A DNA stretch of 64,000 bases from Thermococcus sp. (GTDB lineage Archaea; Methanobacteriota_B; Thermococci; Thermococcales; Thermococcaceae), in NCBI RefSeq assembly GCF_015523185.1, contig NZ_WAKV01000004.1, forward strand, positions 601 through 64,600, in the 5' to 3' direction. The notes beneath the pieces were generated by a model that did not search any database, was not told the DNA's origin, and saw only the letters and a list, made by a program, of their open reading frames with translations. Each line of letters begins with the position of its first letter. The first letter of the stretch is position 1. The position numbers and the translations under genes are program-made. This document shows, piece after piece, positions 1-12,335 of the stretch.

Positions 1-883
1 CTATGATTCTCTCCCTGGTGAAGTCACTGAGGATTGAGGCGTCACCGCCGAGCTGGAGGTAGAACCTTGCCTCTTTTTCAGTCATCTTTGAAATCGGTAG
101 GAGCAGGTCCTTGACCGTAAGGATACCAACGACTTTGTTGTTCTCGTTGACGACGACAAGACCATCTATATTGTTGTCTTTCATAGTCGCAACGGCTTCT
201 CTGACTTTGGCATCGGGGAGAACTGTTATAACACCCCTAATCATCACATCCCGAAGGGGCATGCTGAAGGGGGGTATCTTCTCCCCAGCGAGTTCCCCTG
301 CTTTGGTTCTGAAGCGCGGTTTTATGAAGCGCAGGATAAGGTCGTGGAGCGTTACAAGGCCTTCCAACCTACCTTCCTCGTTAACTACGGGAATCCTCGA
401 GATTGCATGGTCGCGCATAGTTGCCAGGGCTTTGGCGACTGTATCGTCAGGCCGGAGTGTTATAACGTCCTTGGTCATGAACTCCTCCACTTTTTTCTTT
501 CCAAAATCTGTCTCAGCGACCCTCTCAAGAACGGCTATATCGTTTATAACACCGATTATTTCAGCCTTCGACTCCCCAACAGGGAGTGAGCGGAGGTCAA
601 CCTCAATCATGAGCTTGGCGGCCTTGCTGAGGTCCTCATCAGGTTTCACAACGGGGGCTGGTCTGTAAACGTCCCTAACCTTCGCCTTGGTTGGGTCCCA
701 CTTGAGGTGGGAGCGTATAATTAAGTCTTGGGTGAGAACGCCTTTGTACAGATTTCCATCGAAGACGAGAATAAGGTCGGGGTCTTCCTTTTCGAAGATG
801 CCAATTGCCTCAGAAAGGGGGGCATCTATGTCTATCTTCTGGAACCTGTCCGTCATTACCTCCTGCACCTGAATTCCGACCAT
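1..883 (-). CDS. CBS-domain protein (tandem CBS pairs), 3' part runs off the left edge of the window
   Basis: Not in the ORF track because it is truncated. Read manually: GGAGGTGG RBS, then ATG at 883, MVGIQVQEVMTDRFQKID; further on PPFSMPLRDVMIRGVITVLPDAKVREAVATMKDNNIDGLVVVNENNKVVGILTVKDLL, typical CBS repeats. Confidence 0.85.
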   Translation of the reverse strand, partial: MVGIQVQEVMTDRFQKIDIDAPLSEAIGIFEKEDPDLILVFDGNLYKGVLTQDLIIRSHLKWDPTKAKVRDVYRPAPVVKPDEDLSKAAKLMIEVDLRSLPVGESKAEIIGVINDIAVLERVAETDFGKKKVEEFMTKDVITLRPDDTVAKALATMRDHAISRIPVVNEEGRLEGLVTLHDLILRFIKPRFRTKAGELAGEKIPPFSMPLRDVMIRGVITVLPDAKVREAVATMKDNNIDGLVVVNENNKVVGILTVKDLLLPISKMTEKEARFYLQLGGDASILSDFTRERII

Positions 884-979
884 TTCTGCCACCTCCTGCA
901 ATTTGTATATTGGTTTTCCTGGGATTTAAACCTTTGCAACCGGCGTTGTTTTAGTTAATCAAGGTTAATAAATCTTTCG

Positions 980-995
980 CGGAAAGGTTTATAAA
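980..995 (+). promoter_or_regulatory. BRE-TATA promoter of tRNA-Ser
   Basis: CGGAAAGG followed by TTTATAAA, ending about 24 nt upstream of the tRNA 5' end. Confidence 0.75.
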
Positions 996-1018
996 CAGCT
1001 CAGTAAATCCAAGACCGC

Positions 1019-1105
1019 GCCGGGGTAGCCTAGTCCGGGAAGGCGCGGGACTCGAGATCCCGTGGGCGTCCGCCCGCCAGGGTTCAAATCCCTGCCCCGG
1101 CGCCA
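1019..1105 (+). tRNA. tRNA-Ser(CGA), long variable arm, encoded CCA
   Basis: Acceptor stem GCCGGGG/CCCCGGC; anticodon arm CGGGA-CT[CGA]GA-TCCCG; variable arm GGGCG-TC-CGCCC; T loop GGTTCAAATCC; ends GCCA. Confidence 0.97.
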
Positions 1106-1217
1106 ACTGCCGAGCCCGCAAGGGTTCCCCAGTCCCTTCCAAATTCTCCAAAATTTCAGAAATACAAGACCCAAGACGCTGTTCTAGATTTTCAGGCTAG
1201 AATCAAAGAAAAAGAGC

Positions 1218-3670
<2,453 letters not shown>

Positions 3671-3674
<4 letters not shown>

Positions 3675-4504
3675 TTGAGATTAGGAACGTCACCTTTCAC
3701 TACCTCCGCTCCACCAAACCGGCCCTAGATAGTGTTAGCCTTACTATTGGAGACAGGGAATTCATTGGAATCCTAGGGCCGAGTGGGAGCGGAAAGTCAA
3801 CACTGGCCTTAACTCTTAACGGCATAATTCCAAATTCCATAAGGGGAACATTCTCGGGGGAGGTAATTATCAGAGACCCGAAAACTGGAAAGGTCTTCAA
3901 AACGACCGAAACGCCCGTTCCAAAGCTGTCAACACTCGTCGGCCTCGTCCTCCAGAACCCGGAGAGCCAGCTCTTCAATATGACAGTTGAGGATGAGGTG
4001 GCATTTGCACTCGAAAACCTCGGCCTTCCGAGAGAGGAGATTGCCAAAAGGGTCGAGTGGGCTCTAAAGGTTACCGGCCTTAAGGGACTGGAAGACGAGT
4101 TTCCTCCGAACCTTAGTGGGGGAGAAAAGCAGAGGCTCGCGATAGCATCGGTGATAGCGATGAAGCCAAGTCATCTGGTTCTTGACGAGCCAACGTCCCA
4201 GCTCGACCCGAGGGGCAAGAGGGAGGTTCTCGATGTCATAAAGAGACTCAACCGGGAGGGGACAACGGTTATTATAGTGGAGCACGACTCAAGGTTTCTC
4301 TTTAGAAATGCCGACAGGCTCGTGGTGTTGAGCGGTGGGAGAATTGTACTTCAGGGAGAACCGAGGAAGGTCGCGGAAAGGATAGAAGAGCTCGTTGAAA
4401 TCGGCGTTAAGGTTCCTCACTCGCTTCTCCTTTCGAGGGCCCTCGGTCTTCCACCGGCCCTTTCTCCTGAGGAGTTTCCCTCGCCAACAACTCGGAGAGG
4501 CTGA
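3671..4504 (+). CDS. ECF-type ABC ATPase (EcfA/CbiO family)
   Basis: ATG at 3671 overlaps the trkH stop (ATGA). Walker A GPSGSGKST, Q-loop QNPESQL, signature LSGGEKQ, Walker B LVLDEPT, H-loop VEHD. Confidence 0.88.
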
Positions 4505-5258
4505 GGGGCTCACCCAAAATTTCATGCCTTAGGTCGTAGAGCTTCAGCATGAGCTCGAACCTTGCATCCGGGTCCTCTATCCTCTCGGCAATCCTTATGG
4601 CCCACTCAACGAACTGGAGGGCTTTCTCGCGGTTTCTGGTTTTCTCGAACTCCGCAAGGTGGAAAAGCGCGACGGCCCGGTGGAAGTTGCTGGTTATATG
4701 GCCTATCACCGCCAAAGCCTTCTCCTCCTCGCCTCTCTCGTAAAGAACCTCGGCCAGGTAAACCAGAACAACGTCGAGCTTCTCCCTGTCCTTCACGAAC
4801 TTCATGGCGTAGCCGGCCTTTGGAAAGAGGCCCGCGTTTATGAGGTTCATTATTATGTCCCTCAGTATGTCCGGATGCTCAAGGGCAAGGTTTATCGAGG
4901 CCTTAAGGGCGAAGTCGCCTTCCAGCTCGGCCCCGATGACGTAAAAGCCAAGGGCAAGTTCTCCGAGGAGAAGGGCCCTGTAACGTTCATTCTTTATGCC
5001 GTTGACGTATGGAACGAGGCTCTTTAGGAGTGGAACGAATCGTATCTCGGCGTTTTCTTCCGATTCCCTCATGCGGAGAATCTTCCTGAGAATCATCCTG
5101 ACCGCTATTACAACGTTCTGCTCCCTTTCCAGTTCCTCTAGGAGCGCTATTGCCCCGGGAATGTCATCAACGAGCAGTCTGTCCTCTATCTCGGTGAGCA
5201 CTTCGGTGTCCGGTCTTTTCTCCTTGATTACCCCGAAGAGTTCGTCAAGCTTTCCCAT
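4407..5258 (-). CDS. Conserved hypothetical alpha-helical (TPR-like) protein
   Basis: 283-aa ORF with Thermococcus-like codon use and amphipathic helical repeats; starts immediately after the cyaB stop. Confidence 0.75.
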   Translation of the reverse strand: MGKLDELFGVIKEKRPDTEVLTEIEDRLLVDDIPGAIALLEELEREQNVVIAVRMILRKILRMRESEENAEIRFVPLLKSLVPYVNGIKNERYRALLLGELALGFYVIGAELEGDFALKASINLALEHPDILRDIIMNLINAGLFPKAGYAMKFVKDREKLDVVLVYLAEVLYERGEEEKALAVIGHITSNFHRAVALFHLAEFEKTRNREKALQFVEWAIRIAERIEDPDARFELMLKLYDLRHEILGEPLSLSELLARETPQEKGPVEDRGPSKGEASEEP

Positions 5259-5795
5259 TCAGTCACCCTTCTCCAGGAGTAGCTCAAGGTAGGAGCGCCT
5301 CTCAAAGCGCGTAACTCCAAGCTCAAGCAGAATTTCCCTCAGCCTCTCCACAAGCTCGGGAACCTTGCTTTTGTCGTCTGTTATGGCCTCAATCTCTACA
5401 AACTTTCCAAGGCCCTCGACCTCATCGAGGGTAAGGGTTATGCCCCTCTCGACGTAGTATTTCTCCCGAACCTTCTCAACGGTTAGAACTTCCCTGAACC
5501 CGAGGGACTCCAGAATCCTCGCGTGGGCATCCGGGTCTTCAATCGGGACTTCAATCTCCTCCCGGGTCTTGGACCGGGGGTCAATTTTTGGCCCCTTATA
5601 TGTCAGGAAAGCCTCGAAGTGGCCGTTGAAGCGCCTTACACGAATCCTCAGAGCCTCATCGGTTTTGGAAAAGTCCCTGCACGGATGCTGGTAGTAGGTG
5701 TCCTCATGATATTCCTTCCTTATAAACTTAAAGTTCTCCCTGACCTTCTCAAAGACATCATTATTACCATATCCCTTAACTTCAACCTCAATCAT
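5259..5795 (-). CDS. cyaB: CYTH-domain protein (class IV adenylate cyclase family)
   Basis: N-terminal EVEVK (ExExK) motif, DTYY, LRIR, LTYKGPK, DEVEGLGKFVEIE. Confidence 0.9.
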   Translation of the reverse strand: MIEVEVKGYGNNDVFEKVRENFKFIRKEYHEDTYYQHPCRDFSKTDEALRIRVRRFNGHFEAFLTYKGPKIDPRSKTREEIEVPIEDPDAHARILESLGFREVLTVEKVREKYYVERGITLTLDEVEGLGKFVEIEAITDDKSKVPELVERLREILLELGVTRFERRSYLELLLEKGD

Positions 5796-6355
5796 TTCAA
5801 CACCCCCAGCTTTCTGAGATTCTCTATGAGTTTCCTTTCACATATGGGGCAGTAGAGAGGCCCCTTGACGTCGGTATCTACCAGGGAGTTCGAGAAGTGC
5901 ATGACGCATTTAGGATTGGGGCAGTGAGGTAGGCCAAAGACGTGGCCGAGCTCGTGCATGACCTCTTTAACCGCCCTCCTAAGGAGCAAGTTTTCATCGG
6001 GTTCTAGGCTATAAAACTCGTTCCTAAGCCTGCGAACCGAGACAATGGCGCTTCTCAGCGAGGGGTTGGCGAGGCCGAAGATAAAGTTCAGGCCCTCCTC
6101 GTAGAGGTCAAGGTCGGTGATTCCCACAACGGCAATCGCTTCGAGTTTAGTGGCGAGTGACGAAAGCGTGGGCAGAAAGACCCGTCCGAGGTACTGGTTC
6201 CTCCTGGGGGTGAATGCTACCGAGAAGGGCTCGGCCGGCACTTCACCCACTTCTTCAACACTAATCCCAAAGCGGGAGTAGTAATCGCTTACGAATTGGA
6301 CAATACCATCAATAAGCCACCTTTCAAGGGGGCCAATGGAAACGACCGCTATCAT
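5792..6355 (-). CDS. amzA: Archaemetzincin zinc metalloprotease
   Basis: HELGHVFGLPHC zinc motif, then CPNPKCVMHFSNS and the Cys4 tail CPIC. Confidence 0.93.
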   Translation of the reverse strand: MIAVVSIGPLERWLIDGIVQFVSDYYSRFGISVEEVGEVPAEPFSVAFTPRRNQYLGRVFLPTLSSLATKLEAIAVVGITDLDLYEEGLNFIFGLANPSLRSAIVSVRRLRNEFYSLEPDENLLLRRAVKEVMHELGHVFGLPHCPNPKCVMHFSNSLVDTDVKGPLYCPICERKLIENLRKLGVLK

Positions 6356-6401
6356 CTGGTCACCAAATAAAAGAGGGAAGAAAAGCCAATAAATCTTTCC
6401 A

Positions 6402-7442
6402 TCACGGGGTCAGGTCCATTGGCCTAAGCTCCTCAAGGAGGTGCTTGGCGAGCTTTATCGTGAGGTCAATGTCCCTCAAATCGGCTGTCTCGACCTGGCT
6501 GTGCATGTACCTTATCGGTATGCTCAGCACAGCGGTTGCAACGCCCTCCCTGTTAATCTGCATTATGTTTGCATCAGTCCCCGTCGGCCTCGGACTGGCC
6601 TCTACCTGGAGTGGAATGTCGTACTTCTTGGCCACCTCATCGGCGAAGGCTCTCAGCTTGGGGTTGATGTTCGGACCAACGGCGTCCATAACGGGCCCAC
6701 CGCCGAGCTTGGGAACGATTTTGCCTTTGTCGCCCACCTGCTTGGCGAAGGTGACGTCCATGGCTATACCTATCTCGGGGTCTATCGCGTAGGAAGCGAC
6801 GCGAGCTCCGCGAAGGCCTACCTCTTCCTGGACGCTTGCAACAAAGTAGATATCTGCCTCGTGGTTTTCAAGGACCTTGGCAGTTTCAATCATCGCGTAG
6901 AGGCAAACTCGGTCGTCGAGGTAGGGAGTGGCTATTCTGTTCTCGCTGAGCTGGGTGAAGGCTGGAGCAAATTCACCGACGGTTCCGACGCGGAAGCCGA
7001 GCTCCTCAGCTTCCTCCCTGCTGTCAGCGCCCACATCTACGACGATGGTATCCCAGTCCGCAGCTTTCTTCCTGTCCTCGGGCTTCTGAAGGTGGGGCGG
7101 AATGTGGCCGACTACTCCAAAGCGCTCGCCCTTCTCGGTGAAGAAGCGAATTCTCTGGGCAACCAGCGTTCTCGGGTCAACTCCCCCAACCGGAACTATG
7201 TGGAGGTAGCCCTCCTTGTCTATGTGGTTCACCATGAGGCCTATTTTATCCATGTGTGCTGCGAGCATCACCTTCGGTTCTGAGCCCTTCTTGTGGGCTA
7301 TGACGTTGCCGAGCTTGTCGACTTTAATCTCATCAACATAGTCCTTCAGTTCCTCAATTACAACGTCTCTAATTCCAAGGAACTCGAATCCAGAAACTCC
7401 CGGGGCCTCAACGATTTTCTTGAGCAGTTCGAGGTTCACCAT
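6402..7442 (-). CDS. M42 family TET aminopeptidase (TET3/lysyl aminopeptidase-like)
   Basis: [27 protein letters not shown] and RYMHS motifs. Confidence 0.93.
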   Translation of the reverse strand: MVNLELLKKIVEAPGVSGFEFLGIRDVVIEELKDYVDEIKVDKLGNVIAHKKGSEPKVMLAAHMDKIGLMVNHIDKEGYLHIVPVGGVDPRTLVAQRIRFFTEKGERFGVVGHIPPHLQKPEDRKKAADWDTIVVDVGADSREEAEELGFRVGTVGEFAPAFTQLSENRIATPYLDDRVCLYAMIETAKVLENHEADIYFVASVQEEVGLRGARVASYAIDPEIGIAMDVTFAKQVGDKGKIVPKLGGGPVMDAVGPNINPKLRAFADEVAKKYDIPLQVEASPRPTGTDANIMQINREGVATAVLSIPIRYMHSQVETADLRDIDLTIKLAKHLLEELRPMDLTP

Positions 7443-7515
7443 GGACCTCGCCTCCTTTAGATTTTCGTCTTAATGTGTTCGGCCGGCTTAATAAGGTTTG
7501 CTAAAGAAAAGATGG

Positions 7516-9051
7516 TCACCCGAGAAGTGCCTGGAGGTAAGCCTCCTCACCCGGCTCGAGGTCGAGCTCCCAGATTAGTTTCCCGTTCTCAACCTTGGCA
7601 TTGCCCTTTGTTGTTCTGACTTCAACGGCCTTAACCGGCCTCTCAACGCGGTAGTTCTCAAGGGGGCGGAGCCTGGGAGCCCGAACCTTAAGGAAGTAGT
7701 AGCGGTCAAGCGTTTCCTCCTGGATTATGGGATGAGCAAAGGCAAAGTAAGATGTTCCCGCAAGGACTATGCCTGAAAGGATTAAAATCAGCCCTAGATG
7801 GCTTGAACTTTTCGGTGTAGTCTCCGACGTACTAGGAGGAACCGGGATGGTCGTGTTGGATGGGGTCTGCGTCGGACTCGATGTCGTGGTTGGGGAGGGC
7901 TTTGGAACCGTCACAATTGCCTCGCCAGGAAGGTAGTGGTCGCTTTCGGCTTTGATGACGATGCTCCCGTATCCGGTTCTTTTCAAACTTATCACAGCAA
8001 TCCCCGAGGAGTTAGTTACCTCGTAATCCGTGCCCAGTGGACCGGACGCAACAACCGTGACGTTTGGGACCGGAAGTCCAGAGGAATCAATGACCTGAAC
8101 TATAATCGTCCCGTTGGAGACAGTTGGAGTCAGAATCAGTTTCTTGACATCAACAAAGGTCGTCACAATTTTCCCGTCGAGGTTCAGCGTTACCCTGTAA
8201 ACTCCCGGTTTTGTAACTAGGTAGGAGACTTGGCCACTTGAGTCTGTTTCAAATGTGGCGTTATTAATTGAGACCTCTATCCCGGGAACCCCACCCGTTG
8301 AGTTGAAAACTCTGACGTAGATGGCACTGTCCATGAAGTAGACGTCATAGGAGAGTTTCCTCTGATAGACCTCGAAAGTCTTTGTAACCCTTTTATATTT
8401 GCCACCGAGGTTTGCCCAGAGCTCAACGGTGTAGTTGCCAATATCAGGGTGCTTGAGGACGATTGTCTTCTCCCAGACTTCCCCGGGGTTGAGGTAAGTG
8501 GAGTTCTCGTAGCTTTTGAGTATGACTCCACCACTCATCACCCTGTAACCTATGGAGCCGAGGAGAATCCCGTTGGACTTTGAAACGACCTTGAAGGTGA
8601 TGGCAACATCGTGTCCGTATATATACCTTCTTCCGACCTCAACGGATAGTGAGTAGTCCGAGAGAACGCCAACAGATACGACAAACCTATCGCTTGAATA
8701 AACGTTTCCTGCCTTCGCAACGAGCGTGAGGTTGTACTCCCCCGGGGGAACATTGAGGACCCTTAGCGTGATTGTATCGTTCAAACTCTCCCCCGGTTCA
8801 ATTGGAGTCCGTATTACCTTGACACTGTACTGAAAACCCTGCGCCGGACCGGTAACGTAGACTGTAACGTTGCTTATCGTCTCGTTGCCGAGGTTCGTCA
8901 CCGAAAAGGGAACGACAACGGTGCTCCCGGGCAGAGCTGGAATCTCCTTGTTAAGAACCGTAACGCTCAGGAGTGGAGCTTCCTGGGATGAAACTTGATG
9001 GACAGTGAGCAAGGTAACGATTAACAGGATGATAAAAATTTTAACTTTCAT
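7516..9051 (-). CDS. Type I membrane surface protein: signal peptide, Ig-like domains, Pro/Ser/Thr linker, TM helix, cytoplasmic C-terminal domain
   Basis: Hydrophobic N terminus; beta-rich repeats with many N-x-S/T sequons; [17 protein letters not shown] linker; [23 protein letters not shown]; about 70-aa tail. Confidence 0.8.
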   Translation of the reverse strand: MKVKIFIILLIVTLLTVHQVSSQEAPLLSVTVLNKEIPALPGSTVVVPFSVTNLGNETISNVTVYVTGPAQGFQYSVKVIRTPIEPGESLNDTITLRVLNVPPGEYNLTLVAKAGNVYSSDRFVVSVGVLSDYSLSVEVGRRYIYGHDVAITFKVVSKSNGILLGSIGYRVMSGGVILKSYENSTYLNPGEVWEKTIVLKHPDIGNYTVELWANLGGKYKRVTKTFEVYQRKLSYDVYFMDSAIYVRVFNSTGGVPGIEVSINNATFETDSSGQVSYLVTKPGVYRVTLNLDGKIVTTFVDVKKLILTPTVSNGTIIVQVIDSSGLPVPNVTVVASGPLGTDYEVTNSSGIAVISLKRTGYGSIVIKAESDHYLPGEAIVTVPKPSPTTTSSPTQTPSNTTIPVPPSTSETTPKSSSHLGLILILSGIVLAGTSYFAFAHPIIQEETLDRYYFLKVRAPRLRPLENYRVERPVKAVEVRTTKGNAKVENGKLIWELDLEPGEEAYLQALLG

Positions 9052-9439
9052 CAGAAATCACCTCTTCGAGGGTTCTCTGCTTTCCGAGAAGGGAGTCCAG
9101 TGTCTGGAACTCGTCGTTCAAATCGAGACGGTAACTTTTCCCGCTTGACTTTAGGTTCCCGGGCAGATAGAACCTCCAGCCGACGTTTACGAATTTGACA
9201 GCGAGGATTGGTCTCCCTCCAAAGCGTTCCGCGAAGTAAACGAGCCTTTCAACGTCTTCTCTGGGGAGGTAAAGCCTCTCCGAGCGGGTGCTCTTGACCT
9301 CTATGCAGAGGTAATCCTTCCCGTTGCCGGCAACGAGGTCAACCCGGTGACTGCCGGCGGAACGAACGACGGCGAAACCGGCTTTCTCAAGCATCTTTAT
9401 GAGCTCTCTTTCGGCACTGGCACCTCGCCTATATCTCAT
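9041..9439 (-). CDS. hjc: Archaeal Holliday junction resolvase
   Basis: [25 protein letters not shown] and CIEVKST (PD-(D/E)xK nuclease motifs). Confidence 0.95.
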   Translation of the reverse strand: MRYRRGASAERELIKMLEKAGFAVVRSAGSHRVDLVAGNGKDYLCIEVKSTRSERLYLPREDVERLVYFAERFGGRPILAVKFVNVGWRFYLPGNLKSSGKSYRLDLNDEFQTLDSLLGKQRTLEEVISDES

Positions 9440-9510
9440 AGTCCTTTCCCCGCTAAATTTTCCCGGTTATCTTTATAAGTTCTCCCCGAGACTATAACCC
9501 GGTGGTGGGA

Positions 9511-10035
9511 ATGACCGTTTACGAGTTCAACGGGAAGAAACCTAAAATTCATCCGACTGCTTTTGTTGATGAGAGCGCCTCCGTAATTGGCGACGTCGTT
9601 CTCGAAGAGAAGACAAGCGTCTGGCCATCCGCAGTTCTAAGGGGCGACATCGAACAGATTTACGTCGGCTGTTGCTCCAACGTTCAGGACAACGTGAGCA
9701 TACACACCTCCCACAACCAGCCGACCAGGATAGGCAAGTACGTCACCATAGGCCACAACGCGGTCGTTCATGGGGCTGAGATAAGCGACTACGTCATCAT
9801 AGGCATGGGGGCGGTAATCCTCGACGGGGCTAAGATAGGCAAGCACGTAGTTATAGGCGCTGGAGCCCTTGTCCCGCCGGGCAAGGAGATTCCCGACTAC
9901 AGCCTCGTCATCGGCGTTCCGGGCAAGGTTGTCAGACAGCTAAGCGAAGAGGAAATCGAGTGGACAAAGAAGAACGCAGAAATCTACATGGAGCTTGCCG
10001 AGAAGCACCTTAAATCAAGGAAGAGGATTGAGTGA
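9511..10035 (+). CDS. Gamma-carbonic anhydrase family protein (left-handed beta helix)
   Basis: Hexapeptide repeats, LRGD, NVQDN, IHTSH and IGHNAVVHG; ATG at 9511 after a GGTGGTGG RBS. Confidence 0.9.
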   Translation: MTVYEFNGKKPKIHPTAFVDESASVIGDVVLEEKTSVWPSAVLRGDIEQIYVGCCSNVQDNVSIHTSHNQPTRIGKYVTIGHNAVVHGAEISDYVIIGMGAVILDGAKIGKHVVIGAGALVPPGKEIPDYSLVIGVPGKVVRQLSEEEIEWTKKNAEIYMELAEKHLKSRKRIE

Positions 10036-10835
10036 GGGTTATGATTTACAGGCTTCTCTCCCACGTCCCTCACATTATTTTCAAGCCCGCTTACGACCTG
10101 TACGAGAAGTACCTCCTTGAAAAGGTTAAATCCGGGAACATTCCCAAGCACGTTGCCATAATAATGGACGGCAACAGGAGATGGGCAAGGAAACTTGAAA
10201 AGCCCCCCTGGTATGGCCACTTCTTTGGCTCTAAAAAGCTTGAGGAAATCCTCGAATGGTGTCGCGAACTTGGAATAAGGACTCTCACGGTCTACGCCTT
10301 CTCCACCGAGAACTTCAAGAGAACACCTGAGGAAGTAAATGCCCTTATGAACCTCTTTGAGGAGAAGTTCAAGGAGCTCGTTAAGGACAAGAGGGTTCAC
10401 AGGTACGGCATAAGGGTTAACGTCATCGGGAGGAAGGAGATGCTCCCCGAAAACGTTAGGAGAGCTGCAGAGGAAGCCGAGCGTGCAACGAGGAAGTACT
10501 CCAACTACACCCTCAACATAGCCCTGGCCTACGGGGGAAGGAGCGAGATTGCCGATGCCGTCAAGGAGATAGTCGAGGACGTTCTGGCCGGAAAGCTGAA
10601 GCCAGATGAGATAGACGAGGAACTGATAAAGCGTTACCTCTATTACCCAAACATGCCTGACCCGGACATAGTGATAAGAACAGGCGGTGAAGTCAGGATA
10701 AGCAACTTCCTCCTATACCAGATAGCCTACAGCGAGCTCTTCTTTGTTGACGTCTACTTTCCCGAGTTCAGGAAGATTGACTTCCTTCGAATCATACGCG
10801 AGTTCCAGAAGAGGCAGAGGCGCTTTGGACGGTAG
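10032..10835 (+). CDS. uppS: cis-prenyltransferase (undecaprenyl diphosphate synthase family)
   Basis: HVAIIMDGNRRWA, YAFSTENFKR, DPDIVIRTGGEVRISNFLLYQ and the C-terminal RRFGR. Confidence 0.96.
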   Translation: MRVMIYRLLSHVPHIIFKPAYDLYEKYLLEKVKSGNIPKHVAIIMDGNRRWARKLEKPPWYGHFFGSKKLEEILEWCRELGIRTLTVYAFSTENFKRTPEEVNALMNLFEEKFKELVKDKRVHRYGIRVNVIGRKEMLPENVRRAAEEAERATRKYSNYTLNIALAYGGRSEIADAVKEIVEDVLAGKLKPDEIDEELIKRYLYYPNMPDPDIVIRTGGEVRISNFLLYQIAYSELFFVDVYFPEFRKIDFLRIIREFQKRQRRFGR

Positions 10836-10895
10836 TTTTTAAGCTTTTCCGCTAAAGCTTATTAACACCCGCGAGAACCTTCTCAGGTGGTGAGC

Positions 10896-11570
10896 ATGTA
10901 CAGTGAGCTGAGTCCCGGCGTTAAGAAGGTCTACACCCAGGTCCGCTACCTCGATGACTACCACTGGGAAATCGAGGGGAATACTATAATCGGAACCCAC
11001 AAGAAGAGCAACGTGAAGGTTGTTATAGACGTCGCCAAGAACAGGGACGAGGCCGATTCATTGGCCGGAAAGGACGTCAATGGAATCCACATCGTGGCAA
11101 TCCCCGACAAGGGCGTCTTCTACGTCAAGAACGGAAGCTTTGTCCTCACCTACCGCTACCTCAAAGCCACCCTCGCGGATATAAACGACCACATAGTTTG
11201 GGCCGGCTTTAAGGTCGCTGAGAGCGATGGGAAACTCGTTCAGGAGGACATCTACGAGTACCTCGGCGGTGCGCTGATAAACCACATAAAGGCCAACCTT
11301 CTAGCGGGTCAGGACTACATCTTCTGGCAGTTCTACAGGTGCGAGGAATGTGGAAAGTACGTTGACATTGAGAACCTCGAGAACCACCTCAAGGGACACG
11401 GTATAAAGCTCCACGAGAAAAGTGAGGAGCACTACGAGGTCTTTGAGCTCAACTTCAGGGACGGTAAGGTTTATGACAAGTTCGGCAAGGAAGTCAAACT
11501 CGACAAGTTCAGCGAAGAGGCAAGGGAGTTCTTGGCGGAGGTGTTCTCTGGGACGCCACATGGGGGGTGA
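10896..11570 (+). CDS. TBP-interacting protein TIP26
   Basis: [26 protein letters not shown] matches the T. kodakarensis TIP26 as I recall it; C2H2 zinc finger CEECGK...HLKGH. Confidence 0.85.
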   Translation: MYSELSPGVKKVYTQVRYLDDYHWEIEGNTIIGTHKKSNVKVVIDVAKNRDEADSLAGKDVNGIHIVAIPDKGVFYVKNGSFVLTYRYLKATLADINDHIVWAGFKVAESDGKLVQEDIYEYLGGALINHIKANLLAGQDYIFWQFYRCEECGKYVDIENLENHLKGHGIKLHEKSEEHYEVFELNFRDGKVYDKFGKEVKLDKFSEEAREFLAEVFSGTPHGG

Positions 11571-11573
11571 GGA

Positions 11574-12335
11574 ATGAAGACACTTCTCGATGTTTTTCCT
11601 CTCTCAGCAATGAAGGGGTCAACCGTTTCCGTAATTTTTGACACCTACTCCTCAGCTTGGCAAATTCTATTTCTCTTTCTTAGAAAAGCTATTGAGGAGG
11701 GCTACTTTACGGTTATTTCAAACTACAGCGTTCCCCTTAAAAGCCTCCTCCACAGGTGCAACAGCGTGGGTATGAACGCGGAGGAAGCACTCCAAAGTTC
11801 TAGGCTTGCCATAATAGATGTCTTCGGCTCCAGGTATTCACCCCTAAGGCTTGATATGGAGAACGTCTTCTACCTCGACAAGGTTTAACCAGAAACGATA
11901 AACCCGAAGATAGACATGATTTACTGCGGACCTCTCAAGGAGAGCTTAACTTCCAAGAACGCCATCAGAATGATTTACACACTTGACGGGGCCTCCCTAA
12001 TGCTCGGGGAGGAGCAGACCATAAAGCTCCTCAACCAGACAATAGCCCAAAAGAGCATCCGCTTTCCGGAATCAATTCTTCTCCTGCCACTTAACGCCGA
12101 CATGGTCTCCAAGAGGTTCGTTGCATGGGTTTCAAACATAAGCGATTATGTTCTACTGGCAAAGTCAGAAATAAGGGATAACAACGTCAAAGAGCTTCTC
12201 TACTTCCTGAAGGCACCCTACCCGGACTTCGAGCCGATGATATACTCTCTCAAAGTAAGCAGGGGAAGGGAGAAAATAGTGTTAAAAGAGATATCAACCC
12301 CTGAACTTTGGCCTCCTGCTGAGGAGAAGCGGTAG
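11574..12335 (+). pseudogene. RecA/KaiC-fold-like protein lacking Walker A, interrupted by an in-frame TAA at 11886-11888
   Basis: ORFs 11574-11888 and 11916-12335 are in the same frame. The join reads GAC AAG GTT TAA CCA GAA ACG ATA AAC CCG AAG ATA GAC ATG. There is no RBS before 11916. Confidence 0.75.

Noticed and set aside
1183-1203. TTCTAG/CTAGAA inverted repeat between the tRNA and map
   Set aside because: A short AT-rich repeat, at most part of a convergent terminator.
1019-1217. tRNA-Ser as a possible integration site
   Set aside because: No duplicate of the tRNA 3' end and no integrase anywhere in the window; map follows directly.
6441-7283. 280-aa plus-strand ORF
   Set aside because: Antisense shadow of the TET aminopeptidase.
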